This document shows positions 52,517 through 62,322 of a stretch of DNA of 64,000 nucleotides, piece after piece. The position numbers and the translations under genes were made by a program. The stretch spans positions 480,001 through 544,000 of the forward strand of contig CAWGPD010000004.1 of the NCBI GenBank assembly GCA_963824385.1, written 5' to 3'. Under the pieces are notes generated by a model. That model searched no databases and had not been told where the DNA came from. It saw only the letters and a list, made by a program, of their open reading frames with translations. Position 1 is the first letter of the stretch. Each line of letters begins with the position of its first letter. The DNA is from an uncultured Nitrososphaerota archaeon (GTDB lineage Archaea > Thermoproteota > Nitrososphaeria > Nitrososphaerales > Nitrosopumilaceae).

Positions 52517-54419
52517 ATTTTAGCACCTGTTTTTTCTCCGCTTTGTTGTCGATAATTTTCTTGATAGAATCAAAGAGTTCATCACATGTCATTGGTCTTC
52601 CAGTGTATTTTAATATGTAATAGTCAACTTTTCTGTCTAGATATTCATTAAGTAATGAGCCCATTTGGCCAGATTGATTTGCTTCAATATCAATTATTTT
52701 TTTAACTCCTGAAAGCAAGGACTGGATGTATTTTGTTGGAAATGGATGAAGCATCTTAATTTGAATAAACCCAACCTTATAGCCTGCTTTATTGAGCATT
52801 TCAATGGCATCTAAAATAGGTCCTTTTGTTGAACCCCAGCTAAGAATACAATAATCTGATACTCCATAGTTTATTGCCTGATCTTCTTTAGGAATTTGTT
52901 CTAGCGCAAGTTCCATTTTACGTTCACGTTTATCCATTTTATAGATACGATTTTCTGGGTCTTCTGATATGTGACCTGATTCATCACTTTCATCTCCAGT
53001 ATTCCAAAATATTCCATTTTCAAGCCCAAGTCTTGATCTTGGAGATATACCGTCTGGTGATGGAGTGAATCTTTTATAATCAGGCTCTTCAATTTTTTGA
53101 AGAAGTTTTCCTCGTTCTATTGTAATTTTAGTTGGATCAAATCTTTTCACTGTAGAAACTGTACTTGCAATAAATTTGTCCATCATGTGAATTACAGGAA
53201 TTTGATAAATGTCTGCAAAGTTGAAACATTTTGCAGTATCGTAAAATCCTTCCTCTGTGTCACCTGACGCATATACAATTCTTGGAAAGTCACCATGTCC
53301 AGCATGAATTGCAAATTGTAAATCATCTTGTCCATGTCTTGTAGGAAGACCTGTTGAGGGACCACTTCTTTGATACAAAGTTAATACAAGTGGGACTTCG
53401 TTTATCCCAGCCCAACCAAGAGCTTCTGCCATAAGAGAGAAACCTGGACCAGATGTACTTGTCGAAGATCTTGCTCCTGTCAAGGACGCACCAATTACCA
53501 TGCCAATTGCAGATATCTCATCTTCTGTTTGTACAACTAGAGTTGAACCAGGTCTGTTGTTTTCAACCTCAATAATTTCATTTGATTCCAAAAATACACT
53601 TTCATCTGATGCTGGAGTAATTGGATAGTATGATTGGAACCTACAACCACATGCTATCTTTCCAAGACTAGTAGATTGAAAGCCTTGGGCTAGCATGATA
53701 TGGTCTTCTTTTGTAATTGGAGATAATTGATATTTGAATTTAGAATATTTTACCGTAGAAAAATTATATGCATAATTTGCTGCAGTTTTATTCATTTCTG
53801 CAATCTCTGCTTTTCTTGAAAATATAGAACCAACTGATTTCAATAATGTTTCAGGAGGTAGTCCTAGCAACCCAATAGATATAGAGACAGCAAGGACATT
53901 TTGCATACGAAACATTCCACGCAATTTTGGGTTATTGGTTTCATCTGATAAATTACCTAGAATTTCCTTAAATGAGACAGGATATAGTGTAACGCCCCTC
54001 TCCTTTGCTGCATCAAGTGCTCCTTGTATTGTAAACGGTTTATTTTTGGATGAAAGGTATGTCTCAAGACGTTTCTTGAATTGTGCATCAAGTGTATGTA
54101 CTTCATCTGTTTTTATTGCAGATAGATCAGATTCATACACTATAGCACCATCATCAAATACAGCATCTGCGTGCCGAAATATGGTCTCAGCATCAAAGCC
54201 CACTAGCATTGTAATTCCACTAACATTTGATCTAACTATTTTATCAGAAACCCTAACTCCAAAGTAACTGTGCTCACCTTTGATATTAGAATAAAATTCT
54301 CTTTTACCAAATACTTTCAGACCACAACCTGCACATGCACCAGCAAAAATATTTGCCGCAGTCTCTACACCGCCTCCCTGAGGACCACCAATAACCCAAG
54401 TTAGATCAATAGAGGACAT
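52506..54419 (-). CDS. 2-oxoacid:ferredoxin oxidoreductase alpha subunit (gamma-alpha fusion)
   Basis: YPITP, TSGPG and GPSTGLPT motifs. Confidence 0.95.
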   Translation of the reverse strand: MSSIDLTWVIGGPQGGGVETAANIFAGACAGCGLKVFGKREFYSNIKGEHSYFGVRVSDKIVRSNVSGITMLVGFDAETIFRHADAVFDDGAIVYESDLSAIKTDEVHTLDAQFKKRLETYLSSKNKPFTIQGALDAAKERGVTLYPVSFKEILGNLSDETNNPKLRGMFRMQNVLAVSISIGLLGLPPETLLKSVGSIFSRKAEIAEMNKTAANYAYNFSTVKYSKFKYQLSPITKEDHIMLAQGFQSTSLGKIACGCRFQSYYPITPASDESVFLESNEIIEVENNRPGSTLVVQTEDEISAIGMVIGASLTGARSSTSTSGPGFSLMAEALGWAGINEVPLVLTLYQRSGPSTGLPTRHGQDDLQFAIHAGHGDFPRIVYASGDTEEGFYDTAKCFNFADIYQIPVIHMMDKFIASTVSTVKRFDPTKITIERGKLLQKIEEPDYKRFTPSPDGISPRSRLGLENGIFWNTGDESDESGHISEDPENRIYKMDKRERKMELALEQIPKEDQAINYGVSDYCILSWGSTKGPILDAIEMLNKAGYKVGFIQIKMLHPFPTKYIQSLLSGVKKIIDIEANQSGQMGSLLNEYLDRKVDYYILKYTGRPMTCDELFDSIKKIIDNKAEKKQVLKYGV

Positions 54420-54480
54420 GATGCGTCTAGACGCTCATCAAATATTAATAATTCTATGATTTTTTTGAAAAGACGGTATA

Positions 54481-54621
54481 CTAACCGCCAGTTGCAGCAT
54501 CAAATAAGGCGCATTCACATTTATCACGTTCACCACAAAATGGGCAAACACATACACATTTTTCTAAAGGATTCCTACATTGGACACAAATAGCAAACTC
54601 ATCTTTGTGTTTCAATTGCAT
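54481..54621 (-). CDS. 46-aa Cys-rich microprotein ending in Gly-Gly, not in the ORF track
   Basis: MQLKHKDEFAICVQCRNPLEKCVCVCPFCGERDKCECALFDAATGG*; TTTATAAT upstream. Confidence 0.75.
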   Translation of the reverse strand: MQLKHKDEFAICVQCRNPLEKCVCVCPFCGERDKCECALFDAATGG

Positions 54622-54754
54622 ATCATTACTTTGATTAATTATAAATGAGTTGTTGTAAAGGCGTAAAATGAATTAATTATGTGGATTTTTACTTGGGAAC
54701 AGTTGATTTTTCATCATGATACGCTTAAAATTGTCATTTACTCATTGAAAATAG

Positions 54755-55713
54755 TTGAAAATATTACTTACGCGAAGGCTTCATGATTTTGCTGTAAAGG
54801 AACTCAAAAAGAAATACGTTGTAGAAATCCACACTGGAAAGATTCCTATGCCAAAAAAATTACTGATATCAAAAATCAAGGATAAAGATGGCCTAATCTG
54901 TTACCCTTATGATTTCATAGATGCTGACGTAATTAATGCCGGGATTAAACTTAAGGCAATTTCTACCTATAGCGTTGGTTATGATCATATAGACATCAAG
55001 ACTGCTACGAGTAGAGGTATTACAGTTGGTTATACGCCAGAAGTATTGACCCGAGCTACTGCAGATATGACTATGGCTTTGATGTTATCTCTTTTTAGAA
55101 GAATACCTGAAGGTAACCAGATAATTCGCAAGGATAAATGGAATATAATATTTGGTCCCTATGATTTTCTTGGAACAGATCTATATCAAAAAACTCTAGG
55201 CATATTTGGAATGGGAAGAATAGGAAAAGCAGTAGCAAAAAGAGTGCAGGTTTTGAGATGAAGGTAATTTATCATAACAGAACTAGATTATCAATCAAGG
55301 AGGAAAAAAAAATAGGAGTAAAATACGTATCATTGAATAATCTTTTTAGAACAAGTGATGTTGTAAGTATTCATTCTCCGCATACACCTCAAACACATGA
55401 AATTGTGAATTTAAAATTATTAAAGAAAATGAAAAGAACTTCATTTTTAATTAATACTGCGCGTGGCAAAATAATTAATGAAAAAGATCTTGCAATTGCA
55501 TTACAAAGAAAAATAATTGCAGGAGCTGGACTTGATGTATTCCAAAAGGAGCCAATTAATTCCAAACATCCAATTGTAAAAACAAATAATTCTATACTAA
55601 CACCTCATAGTGGAAGTGCTACGATTGAAACTAGAAAAGAAATGGCAGAGATTGCAGTCAAGAATCTAGTACTTTCACTTGCTGGCAAAAAACCAATTTA
55701 CCAAATTAAATGA
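54755..55713 (+). CDS. D-2-hydroxyacid dehydrogenase/glyoxylate reductase (1-nt deletion at ~55244)
   Basis: GMGRIG, INTARG, LDVFQKEP and TPH motifs. Confidence 0.92.
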
Positions 55714-55732
55714 TATAATAATTAATTTAAAA

Positions 55733-55993
55733 TTAAAGCTCAATTAGATCATTTGGATCTATTTTGATACAACTAGTGCCTACAGGTTTTAAGCCAGTAA
55801 AATTAATAGTTCCTTGGGGAACTTTACCTTCTTTTTGGAGAGACTCTAACTTTTCAGTAAATGCATTTTTGTGCCCATCACATGCAACACCAACCATGTA
55901 TTCTCCATCTTCAGATTGGATAGAAATTACAAATTCAGGCGGCATTGGGCAATCCTTGCCCATTTTTCTAATAGAACAATGTTCAGGGAACAC
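55733..55993 (-). CDS. Small hypothetical protein, possibly Zn-binding
   Basis: C...C...CDGH pattern. Confidence 0.65.
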   Translation of the reverse strand: MFPEHCSIRKMGKDCPMPPEFVISIQSEDGEYMVGVACDGHKNAFTEKLESLQKEGKVPQGTINFTGLKPVGTSCIKIDPNDLIEL

Positions 55994-56040
55994 AGATTCA
56001 TTTTTTGTTTTCAGAATATTAATCTTGATTCAAGTTATTT

Positions 56041-57330
56041 TCAGACAATAGTTTCAAAATCCCAAATAGAATCAGTCTTTCTGGGCTTATACTGTAATAG
56101 TCCTTTTTCCTGCATGGATTTTACTACAAATGCAGAATATGCAGGAGCCCCGGTTGCACCAGGAGAGTTGTAGTTTAGAACATGATATGAGTTTGGACCG
56201 GTAAGTTCTAGCACGTCTGGCAAGAAGTTTCCATCAGGAGTTATGATAGGAGTTCTAATTCCAGCAGTGCCTCGTTCAGAAAAGAACTCGGGTTTTACCT
56301 TTGGCATAAATTCTTGTACACGCTCAATCATGACAGTTTTTGACAAGGAACTCAGCCACTCCTTTGCCACCAAATTCATAAAATCTGCATTAAGAAGTAA
56401 TTTTCTTGTACTACCTGTTACTACCTCTGTGAGTTTAGAAATTAATGTTTCAACATCTCCTACATAGCCAGAATAAGTTTCAGGGCTTGGCACAGGAACT
56501 GCATTTGGGCCAACCTCACTTTTTCCATCAGATCTAATAATCCAATGAGGATCAAGAAAAGGAAAATCAGGATATTTTGGAACAGAGTAAACATTGGTCT
56601 TGACTAGATTAGAATATTGTTCACTTGCAATCCAGTATTCCCCTCTAAAATGAAGACTGGAATAATTATTTGCCAATCCAAACTTTTTTGCAATATCAAG
56701 GGAATAACCACCAGCACAGTTGACTATAATCTTTGAACTAATTTTTTCCTTATTTTGAAATGCAAGTTCTGTGGAACCATCTAGTTCTTCAATTGATTCT
56801 AGTTTTTTATTTAACAAAAATTTAGTCCCATTTCTTTGGGATTCTTCTTTTAGTTTTCTTGTAAATTCGCCATAATCAACCACCGCGTCAGTTTTACAAT
56901 GAATTGCAGAGTGACATCTGATATTTGGCTCTCTTTGGGCGACTTTATTACTATTTAGTAGTTCAATATCTTTCTCTGACATGCAATTTTTTTGACCCCA
57001 ATCCATATACTTTTCAAGAATTTTGTGTTGGTTTTCATCAAGTGCAACTTCCATGGTACCAACCATATTCCATGGCAATCCCTTTTTTTGGGCAAATGTC
57101 TTCCACATTTCATGAGAAAGAAATGCAGCTCTTGCAATTTTCCCTTTTTTGTCAGGATTAAGATAAAACGGAGAATGAACTACTCCCGTATTACGACTGC
57201 TAGTATGCATTGCAACGTCAGATTCTTTCTCAATTACTGCAACTTTTGCATCGTACAAATTTGAAATCCAATACGATATTGAAGTTCCAAGTAAACCTCC
57301 TCCAATTATTGCAATATCATATTTTTCCAA
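56041..57330 (-). CDS. FAD-dependent oxidoreductase, L-2-hydroxyglutarate oxidase (LhgO)-like
   Basis: GGGLLG, HTSSRNTGVVH, FRGEY and SPGAT motifs. Confidence 0.88.
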   Translation of the reverse strand: MEKYDIAIIGGGLLGTSISYWISNLYDAKVAVIEKESDVAMHTSSRNTGVVHSPFYLNPDKKGKIARAAFLSHEMWKTFAQKKGLPWNMVGTMEVALDENQHKILEKYMDWGQKNCMSEKDIELLNSNKVAQREPNIRCHSAIHCKTDAVVDYGEFTRKLKEESQRNGTKFLLNKKLESIEELDGSTELAFQNKEKISSKIIVNCAGGYSLDIAKKFGLANNYSSLHFRGEYWIASEQYSNLVKTNVYSVPKYPDFPFLDPHWIIRSDGKSEVGPNAVPVPSPETYSGYVGDVETLISKLTEVVTGSTRKLLLNADFMNLVAKEWLSSLSKTVMIERVQEFMPKVKPEFFSERGTAGIRTPIITPDGNFLPDVLELTGPNSYHVLNYNSPGATGAPAYSAFVVKSMQEKGLLQYKPRKTDSIWDFETIV

Positions 57331-57373
57331 TGATCTGAAAATACCATAGAGAGATTAATGGATTTGTAAAAGG

Positions 57374-57472
57374 CGCCGGGAGAGAGATTTGAACTCTCGA
57401 ACCCTTGCGAGTACGCGCTTTATGGTTTACTAATTTCCAGGCGCGCGCCCTACCAGGCTAGGCGACCCCGGC
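57374..57472 (-). tRNA. tRNA-Ser(GGA) with a 15-nt intron at 37/38 (57420-57434)
   Basis: Acceptor GCCGGGG/TCCCGGC; CGCGC-CT-GGA-A[intron]A-GCGCG; long variable arm; GTTCAAATC T arm. Confidence 0.93.
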
Positions 57473-57531
57473 ATTTATCTCGCCAATTCAATTTCGTTGT
57501 AAAACCGACTATATATTACTGTAAGAGATGA

Positions 57532-58215
57532 TCAGTTCACAAACTTTTTTCTGTAAATAACAGCAACTATTGTAGACCCTATGAAGGGAGCAGTCCAGTA
57601 TAACCAAAGATCATTAAGATATCCAGATATTATTGCAGGTGCTAATGCCCTTGCTGGATTCATGGAAGCTCCTGAAATAAACGCCAAAAAGAAGATATCA
57701 AGACCCACCATTGTACCGATTACAATTCCACCAAATCCTTTTAGTCCTTTTGTATGAACAACCACCATAATTACAGCCATCAGTAATGCAGTAGCTATAA
57801 TCTCAACACTCACAATGAGAGGAATAGGAAAATAATAATCTGGGGCGTTTGCTCCAAGATTTGCTTCCGTTCCTATAATGTATTTTACAAAGATACTACC
57901 TAACAGTGCGCCGATTATCTCTGCAACAAGATATAGCGGAAAGAGATTTTTTGGCATGTGTTTTGTAATAAAAAATCCGACAGTTACTGCAGGATTAAAG
58001 TGAGCCATGGATATTTTCCCAAATGCATATACCATTACCGCTACTGCAACCGCTGGAGCCAAAGCTACAAACCATAGACCAAATATTCCAGAATATTTTA
58101 CAGCCAATACAACAGAACCTGTTGCAAATACTACTACAATAAATGTACCAATTAATTCAGCAAAGAATCTTTTTTGGTTTGAGGATAATCTGTTTGCTAT
58201 TCTAGAGTTTTGCAA
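57532..58215 (-). CDS. MIP/aquaporin-family channel in the ars cluster (putative arsenite channel)
   Basis: HFNPAVT and SMNPARA (two NPA boxes); last gene of the ars operon. Confidence 0.92.
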   Translation of the reverse strand: MQNSRIANRLSSNQKRFFAELIGTFIVVVFATGSVVLAVKYSGIFGLWFVALAPAVAVAVMVYAFGKISMAHFNPAVTVGFFITKHMPKNLFPLYLVAEIIGALLGSIFVKYIIGTEANLGANAPDYYFPIPLIVSVEIIATALLMAVIMVVVHTKGLKGFGGIVIGTMVGLDIFFLAFISGASMNPARALAPAIISGYLNDLWLYWTAPFIGSTIVAVIYRKKFVN

Positions 58216-58619
58216 AGTTGTCTCACCTTTAGTTCAATTGTATCTCTAATCTCTCTGACTTTATCAATTGATTTACCCTTAGGATCTTCAATATTCCAGT
58301 CAACAGAATGTTTCACAAAAAGTGCAGGACATTCAGTTTTATCCATACATCCCATGTTTATGTTTAGAATCGAATCTGAAATAATCTCATTAGTTAGCAC
58401 CTTGGGTTTCTGTTTGCCAAGGTCTATGCCAATTTCTTTCATTGCTTCTACTGCAATAGGATTAATTTCTGGTGTGGGTTTTGTTCCAGCACTTACTGCT
58501 TCATATCCATTTGGTGCATATTTCCTAAAGAAACCTTCTGCCATCTGGCTTCGTCCAGCATTTTCAACGCAAACAAATAGAATCTTTTTTTTGTCATTTG
58601 ATTTCCCAAAAAAATTCAT
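58197..58619 (-). CDS. arsC: Arsenate reductase (LMW-PTP family)
   Basis: CVENAGRSQMAEG; MGC....CP; DPKG. Confidence 0.92.
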   Translation of the reverse strand: MNFFGKSNDKKKILFVCVENAGRSQMAEGFFRKYAPNGYEAVSAGTKPTPEINPIAVEAMKEIGIDLGKQKPKVLTNEIISDSILNINMGCMDKTECPALFVKHSVDWNIEDPKGKSIDKVREIRDTIELKVRQLCKTLE

Positions 58620-58625
58620 AAAAAA

Positions 58626-59384
58626 TCACTTTATTGCTTTAATTACAAGACTGGTGATTTTTCTGCCATTTACTTTTTCACCTTCCAGGTACACCCGCTG
58701 ATCTAGAACACTGACATCGTGAAATCCTGCTTTCTTGATACTTTCGATATAATGTTCTTGTGTTAATGCACCATCAATACAACTGCACCATTGCTCTGCA
58801 TTGACTTGGTCTTGTTCTATCTCCTTATCGGTTACTAGATCAGAGATTACCATTCTTCCACCTTTTTTTAATATTCTATAAACTTCCTTAAACGCACTTG
58901 TCTTATCTGAAGTAAGATTAATCACACAGTTACTGATTACAACATCAATGGCTTCATCATTAACTGGAATATTTTTTTCAATGTCTCCTTTTCTAAATTC
59001 TACATTTGTATAATTGCCGACTAGTGCATATGTTCTTGCTTTATCCAACATTTCATCAGTCATGTCAATGCCAATTACTTTGCCTGATTTTGTTACCTTG
59101 TTTGCAGACAGGAATGCATCAATTCCTGCACCTGAACCAAGATCTAGAACCGTTTCACCTTCCTTAAGATCTGCAAATTTTATTGGTGCACCACACCCGA
59201 CACCTAAAATAGATTCTTGTGGAATTGATTCTAATTCTTTTGGATCATAGCCAATTATTTTTGTAGCATCAATAACAGAATCATTTGTACTACATTCGCC
59301 GGGCATGCAACAACAGTCAGAGTTGCCAGTCAATGCAATCTTGCCATATCGCTCCTTTACCTTTTCTTTTATTACATCATTCAT
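58626..59384 (-). CDS. arsM: Arsenite S-adenosylmethionine methyltransferase
   Basis: GVGCGAP, LDLGSGAGID, SNCVINL and WCSCIDGA motifs. Confidence 0.93.
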   Translation of the reverse strand: MNDVIKEKVKERYGKIALTGNSDCCCMPGECSTNDSVIDATKIIGYDPKELESIPQESILGVGCGAPIKFADLKEGETVLDLGSGAGIDAFLSANKVTKSGKVIGIDMTDEMLDKARTYALVGNYTNVEFRKGDIEKNIPVNDEAIDVVISNCVINLTSDKTSAFKEVYRILKKGGRMVISDLVTDKEIEQDQVNAEQWCSCIDGALTQEHYIESIKKAGFHDVSVLDQRVYLEGEKVNGRKITSLVIKAIK

Positions 59385-59801
59385 TTTAATCCCTTGACAA
59401 GTTCTTTTACTCTAATTTCTATCCCATCTCTTATCTCTCGAACTTTCTCTATTGGCTTGTCTTTAGGATCCTCAATTCCCCAATCTACATACCTACCAAG
59501 AATAAGAGTTGGACATTCTGCAGTATCCATGCATCCCATATTCACCTTCAATTCTGCACCTCGGATTTGTTCATCAGATAACCTCTTTGCCTTGTGATTG
59601 CTGATATCTACTCCAGTCTTCTTTCATTACCTCTATTGCAAGTGGATTAACATATGATTTTGGAACAGAACCACCACTCATTGCACTCCAACCCTTTGGG
59701 GCATATTTTCTAAAGAAACCTTCTGCCATCTGACTTCGTCCAGCATTTTCTATGCATGCAAACAAGACATATTTTTCTGGTTTTTTCCCAAACAATCCCA
59801 T
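59381..59801 (-). CDS. arsC: Second arsenate reductase (1-nt insertion at ~59617)
   Basis: CIENAGRSQMAEG; repair continues ...MGCMDTAECP...DWGIEDPK... to a TGA overlapping the arsM ATG. Confidence 0.9.
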
Positions 59802-59874
59802 TGTATCTCTGACATTAGTTTAGTCAGTAAACCATTTAAGTTGTCAAGGATAAACAATTACAGTTAGTGTAAAG

Positions 59875-60255
59875 ATGGAAACTAAAAGAAAATCACTTCC
59901 AATGGTTAAAGATAGTTGTAGTTTTGAAGGATATGATGCCTCTTCATTAATGTCTGAAACATCAAAGCTGAGAAAAATAATTACAAAAAGGGGCACACTT
60001 GAAATTCTAATTCCATTATGTTGTACGACAGAACCAGTACGCCATAAAGAATTCAAACAGGCATTAAAGGGGATAAGCAGTAAGACTCTTGCCATCAGAT
60101 TAAAAGAACTTGAAAAAAGTGGAGTGTTAGAAAGATTATCTTATAATGAAATTCCTCCTAGGGTGGAATACAAGCTAACTAACAAAGGGCAAGAACTTGT
60201 TGAGTCCATGATTAATCTTTTGCAATGGATGAAAAAATGGTCTAAATCAAAATAG
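59875..60255 (+). CDS. HxlR-family winged-helix regulator, divergent from the ars operon
   Basis: GISSKTLAIRLKELE and EIPPRVEYKLT motifs. Confidence 0.9.
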   Translation: METKRKSLPMVKDSCSFEGYDASSLMSETSKLRKIITKRGTLEILIPLCCTTEPVRHKEFKQALKGISSKTLAIRLKELEKSGVLERLSYNEIPPRVEYKLTNKGQELVESMINLLQWMKKWSKSK

Positions 60256-60291
60256 ATATTGCCTAGAATTGAGTGTTTTTCATTTTAAAGA

Positions 60292-60741
60292 TTATTTCAA
60301 TAGATTTATGGCAACAGATTTTGTCAATGAGACTCCTGTATCCTCAATGGTATTTGATACTATCTTGTATCTTCCCTGATATGCGTTTCCGCCATCAGAT
60401 TTTGTTTGATTCCAGACAAATGTTTTTTCTTCTTTTGGTTCTAATGTAGAGATTACCTGTGAAGACAAGGGGGAATAGACTAGAATTCCATCAAGCCTAG
60501 TTATCTTTAATCCATAAGAAGTGTCAGAAAATGTAAGAGGTAGGGTTCCTGAATTTATGATTCTAATGTGAACCGGTTCTCCAATATGATAGTTAATTTT
60601 ATCAGGAATGAGAGTAAGAGATGGGCCGTTCTCATATACAAGAGTTGGAACCTGATTTGCAATTTGAGAAAGATAATATCCCAAGAAGCCAGCTGATACT
60701 ACTCCCACTATGAAAAAGATTGCAGCGCCTTTTGGTATCAC
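60292..60741 (-). CDS. Membrane-anchored Ig-like domain protein
   Basis: N-terminal TM; DKINYHIGEPV...WNQ...GRY. Confidence 0.7.
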   Translation of the reverse strand: MIPKGAAIFFIVGVVSAGFLGYYLSQIANQVPTLVYENGPSLTLIPDKINYHIGEPVHIRIINSGTLPLTFSDTSYGLKITRLDGILVYSPLSSQVISTLEPKEEKTFVWNQTKSDGGNAYQGRYKIVSNTIEDTGVSLTKSVAINLLK

Positions 60742-60766
60742 TTGAAAAATTTAATTTGATTCCTTT

Positions 60767-61765
60767 TTAATTGTTAACTACGGGCTTTGTTCTCCAACTT
60801 TTTGGATATGTGTTTGGAGCCATGATAATTCTCTTAATCTTAAAGGCAAAGCCTTTGGTATTTTCAATAATCTCATCTTCATTCAGAGTTGCTTCTGCAA
60901 GAGCTACAACCTCTCCTTTTTGTGTGTATATTGCAACAAAATCTCCACGCTTCAGTCCAGGAGATATTTCAAGAATACCAGGTATTGCAAGTTGAGCTCC
61001 ATGACACAGAGCATCTACTGCAGAATCTCTTATTACAACTGATTTTATCTCGCTTAGAGTAAATTCTATTGGCATCATTATTCTTCTTAGTTTTTTATCA
61101 TCACCATTTTCTTTCCACAAAGCATAGGCATCGACAAGATCGTGTATTTTTACTAAATTAGAATCCTCATTGAAGTGTCCCACCCTACTTCTTCGGAGCT
61201 CAATCATTGTTGCACCTTCACCAAGAATCTCTCCCATATCATAGAAAATTTTTCGGACATAGGTTCCTGCTTCACACAAAATTCGTAAAAGTAGCAATCT
61301 TTCCTTTTGTTCTATGACTTCAATTTCATACACATGTCTAATTCTGGTTTGTCTTGATACAGCAGATCTCTGCGGTGGTTTTTGAAATATTTTACCAGTA
61401 AGTTGTTTGAGTACATCAGCCAATTTTTCTTTGGGTGGAAGTGTATGCAGTCTTCCAAGAGCATGATATTCTTTTGGACCAAGTAATAAAACTATGAGAG
61501 CCTTTGTTGCTTCTCCTAGTCCTATTGGTAAAAGTCCAGATACTTGCGGGTCAAGTGTTCCACTATGACCTGCTTTTGGAACATTCAATATTTTCTTTAC
61601 CCATGCTACAGTTTCATGACTTGTAGGACCATTTGGTTTGTCTAACAAAATAAAACCATAGTTGAGAAGCTGCTCTATTGATCTCTGGTCATAATACGTA
61701 CCATGGGCATCATTTGTGATGTCCTGGTCGATTACTCTAAGATTTTGTAATTGTTTGAGTGTCAT
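60767..61765 (-). CDS. cbf5: H/ACA pseudouridine synthase Cbf5
   Basis: GHSGTLDP, CEAGTYVR and a PUA domain. Confidence 0.95.
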   Translation of the reverse strand: MTLKQLQNLRVIDQDITNDAHGTYYDQRSIEQLLNYGFILLDKPNGPTSHETVAWVKKILNVPKAGHSGTLDPQVSGLLPIGLGEATKALIVLLLGPKEYHALGRLHTLPPKEKLADVLKQLTGKIFQKPPQRSAVSRQTRIRHVYEIEVIEQKERLLLLRILCEAGTYVRKIFYDMGEILGEGATMIELRRSRVGHFNEDSNLVKIHDLVDAYALWKENGDDKKLRRIMMPIEFTLSEIKSVVIRDSAVDALCHGAQLAIPGILEISPGLKRGDFVAIYTQKGEVVALAEATLNEDEIIENTKGFAFKIKRIIMAPNTYPKSWRTKPVVNN

Positions 61766-62321
61766 AGTAGTATTTCACTGCATTTTTTGCCTGTTCAAGA
61801 ACTTGTTCAGGTCCAAGATCATCTGTATTTATTATTTTATCAAAGACAGAAAGGTCTTCTCCAAAATTAAAATCATAAAGCTTCTTGTATAATGTCTTAT
61901 TTTCATCGTATCTCTTTTTTACTATTCCCAATGCGTCTTGTAATGATATACTATCTCGCATTGTCATTCTTTTTGCACTATTTTCATGAGAACCTGCAAG
62001 CCAAATTTTAATTCCGTCTTTAACTAACCAAGGCAATGTGTCACTTGTTATGATTACATCTTCAGTTAGAAATATTTTTTTTAATTTTTCGTCAACTTCT
62101 TTATCAAATTCTGAATTTGCTTTTCTGATATTAAGAAAACTCATTCCTTCTGACGTATCCCAAAAATCATCATTATCTGTTTCAAAGCCTTGTTCCTTGG
62201 CCATTTCTTTTAGCACATCACCACCGCTAAGATATTTCAAGCCAAATTCTTCTCCCAATCCTTTTGCTATGGTAGTCTTTCCTATGGCTGGTGGACCAGA
62301 AATTATAACTGAACGAAGCAA
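61737..62321 (-). CDS. cmk: Cytidylate kinase
   Basis: SGPPAIGKTT; secY-adk-DUF106-cmk-cbf5 gene order. Confidence 0.88.
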   Translation of the reverse strand: MLRSVIISGPPAIGKTTIAKGLGEEFGLKYLSGGDVLKEMAKEQGFETDNDDFWDTSEGMSFLNIRKANSEFDKEVDEKLKKIFLTEDVIITSDTLPWLVKDGIKIWLAGSHENSAKRMTMRDSISLQDALGIVKKRYDENKTLYKKLYDFNFGEDLSVFDKIINTDDLGPEQVLEQAKNAVKYYYDTQTITKS

Positions 62322-62322
62322 T

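Noticed and set aside
58197..58215. ArsC-aquaporin fusion hidden by a frameshift
   Set aside because: No AGCT/GATC-type lesion at the junction, and both proteins look complete as overlapping genes.
57374..60255. Integrative element at tRNA-Ser carrying the ars genes
   Set aside because: No integrase or transposase and no duplicated tRNA 3' end; the cluster lies on the tRNA's 5' side.
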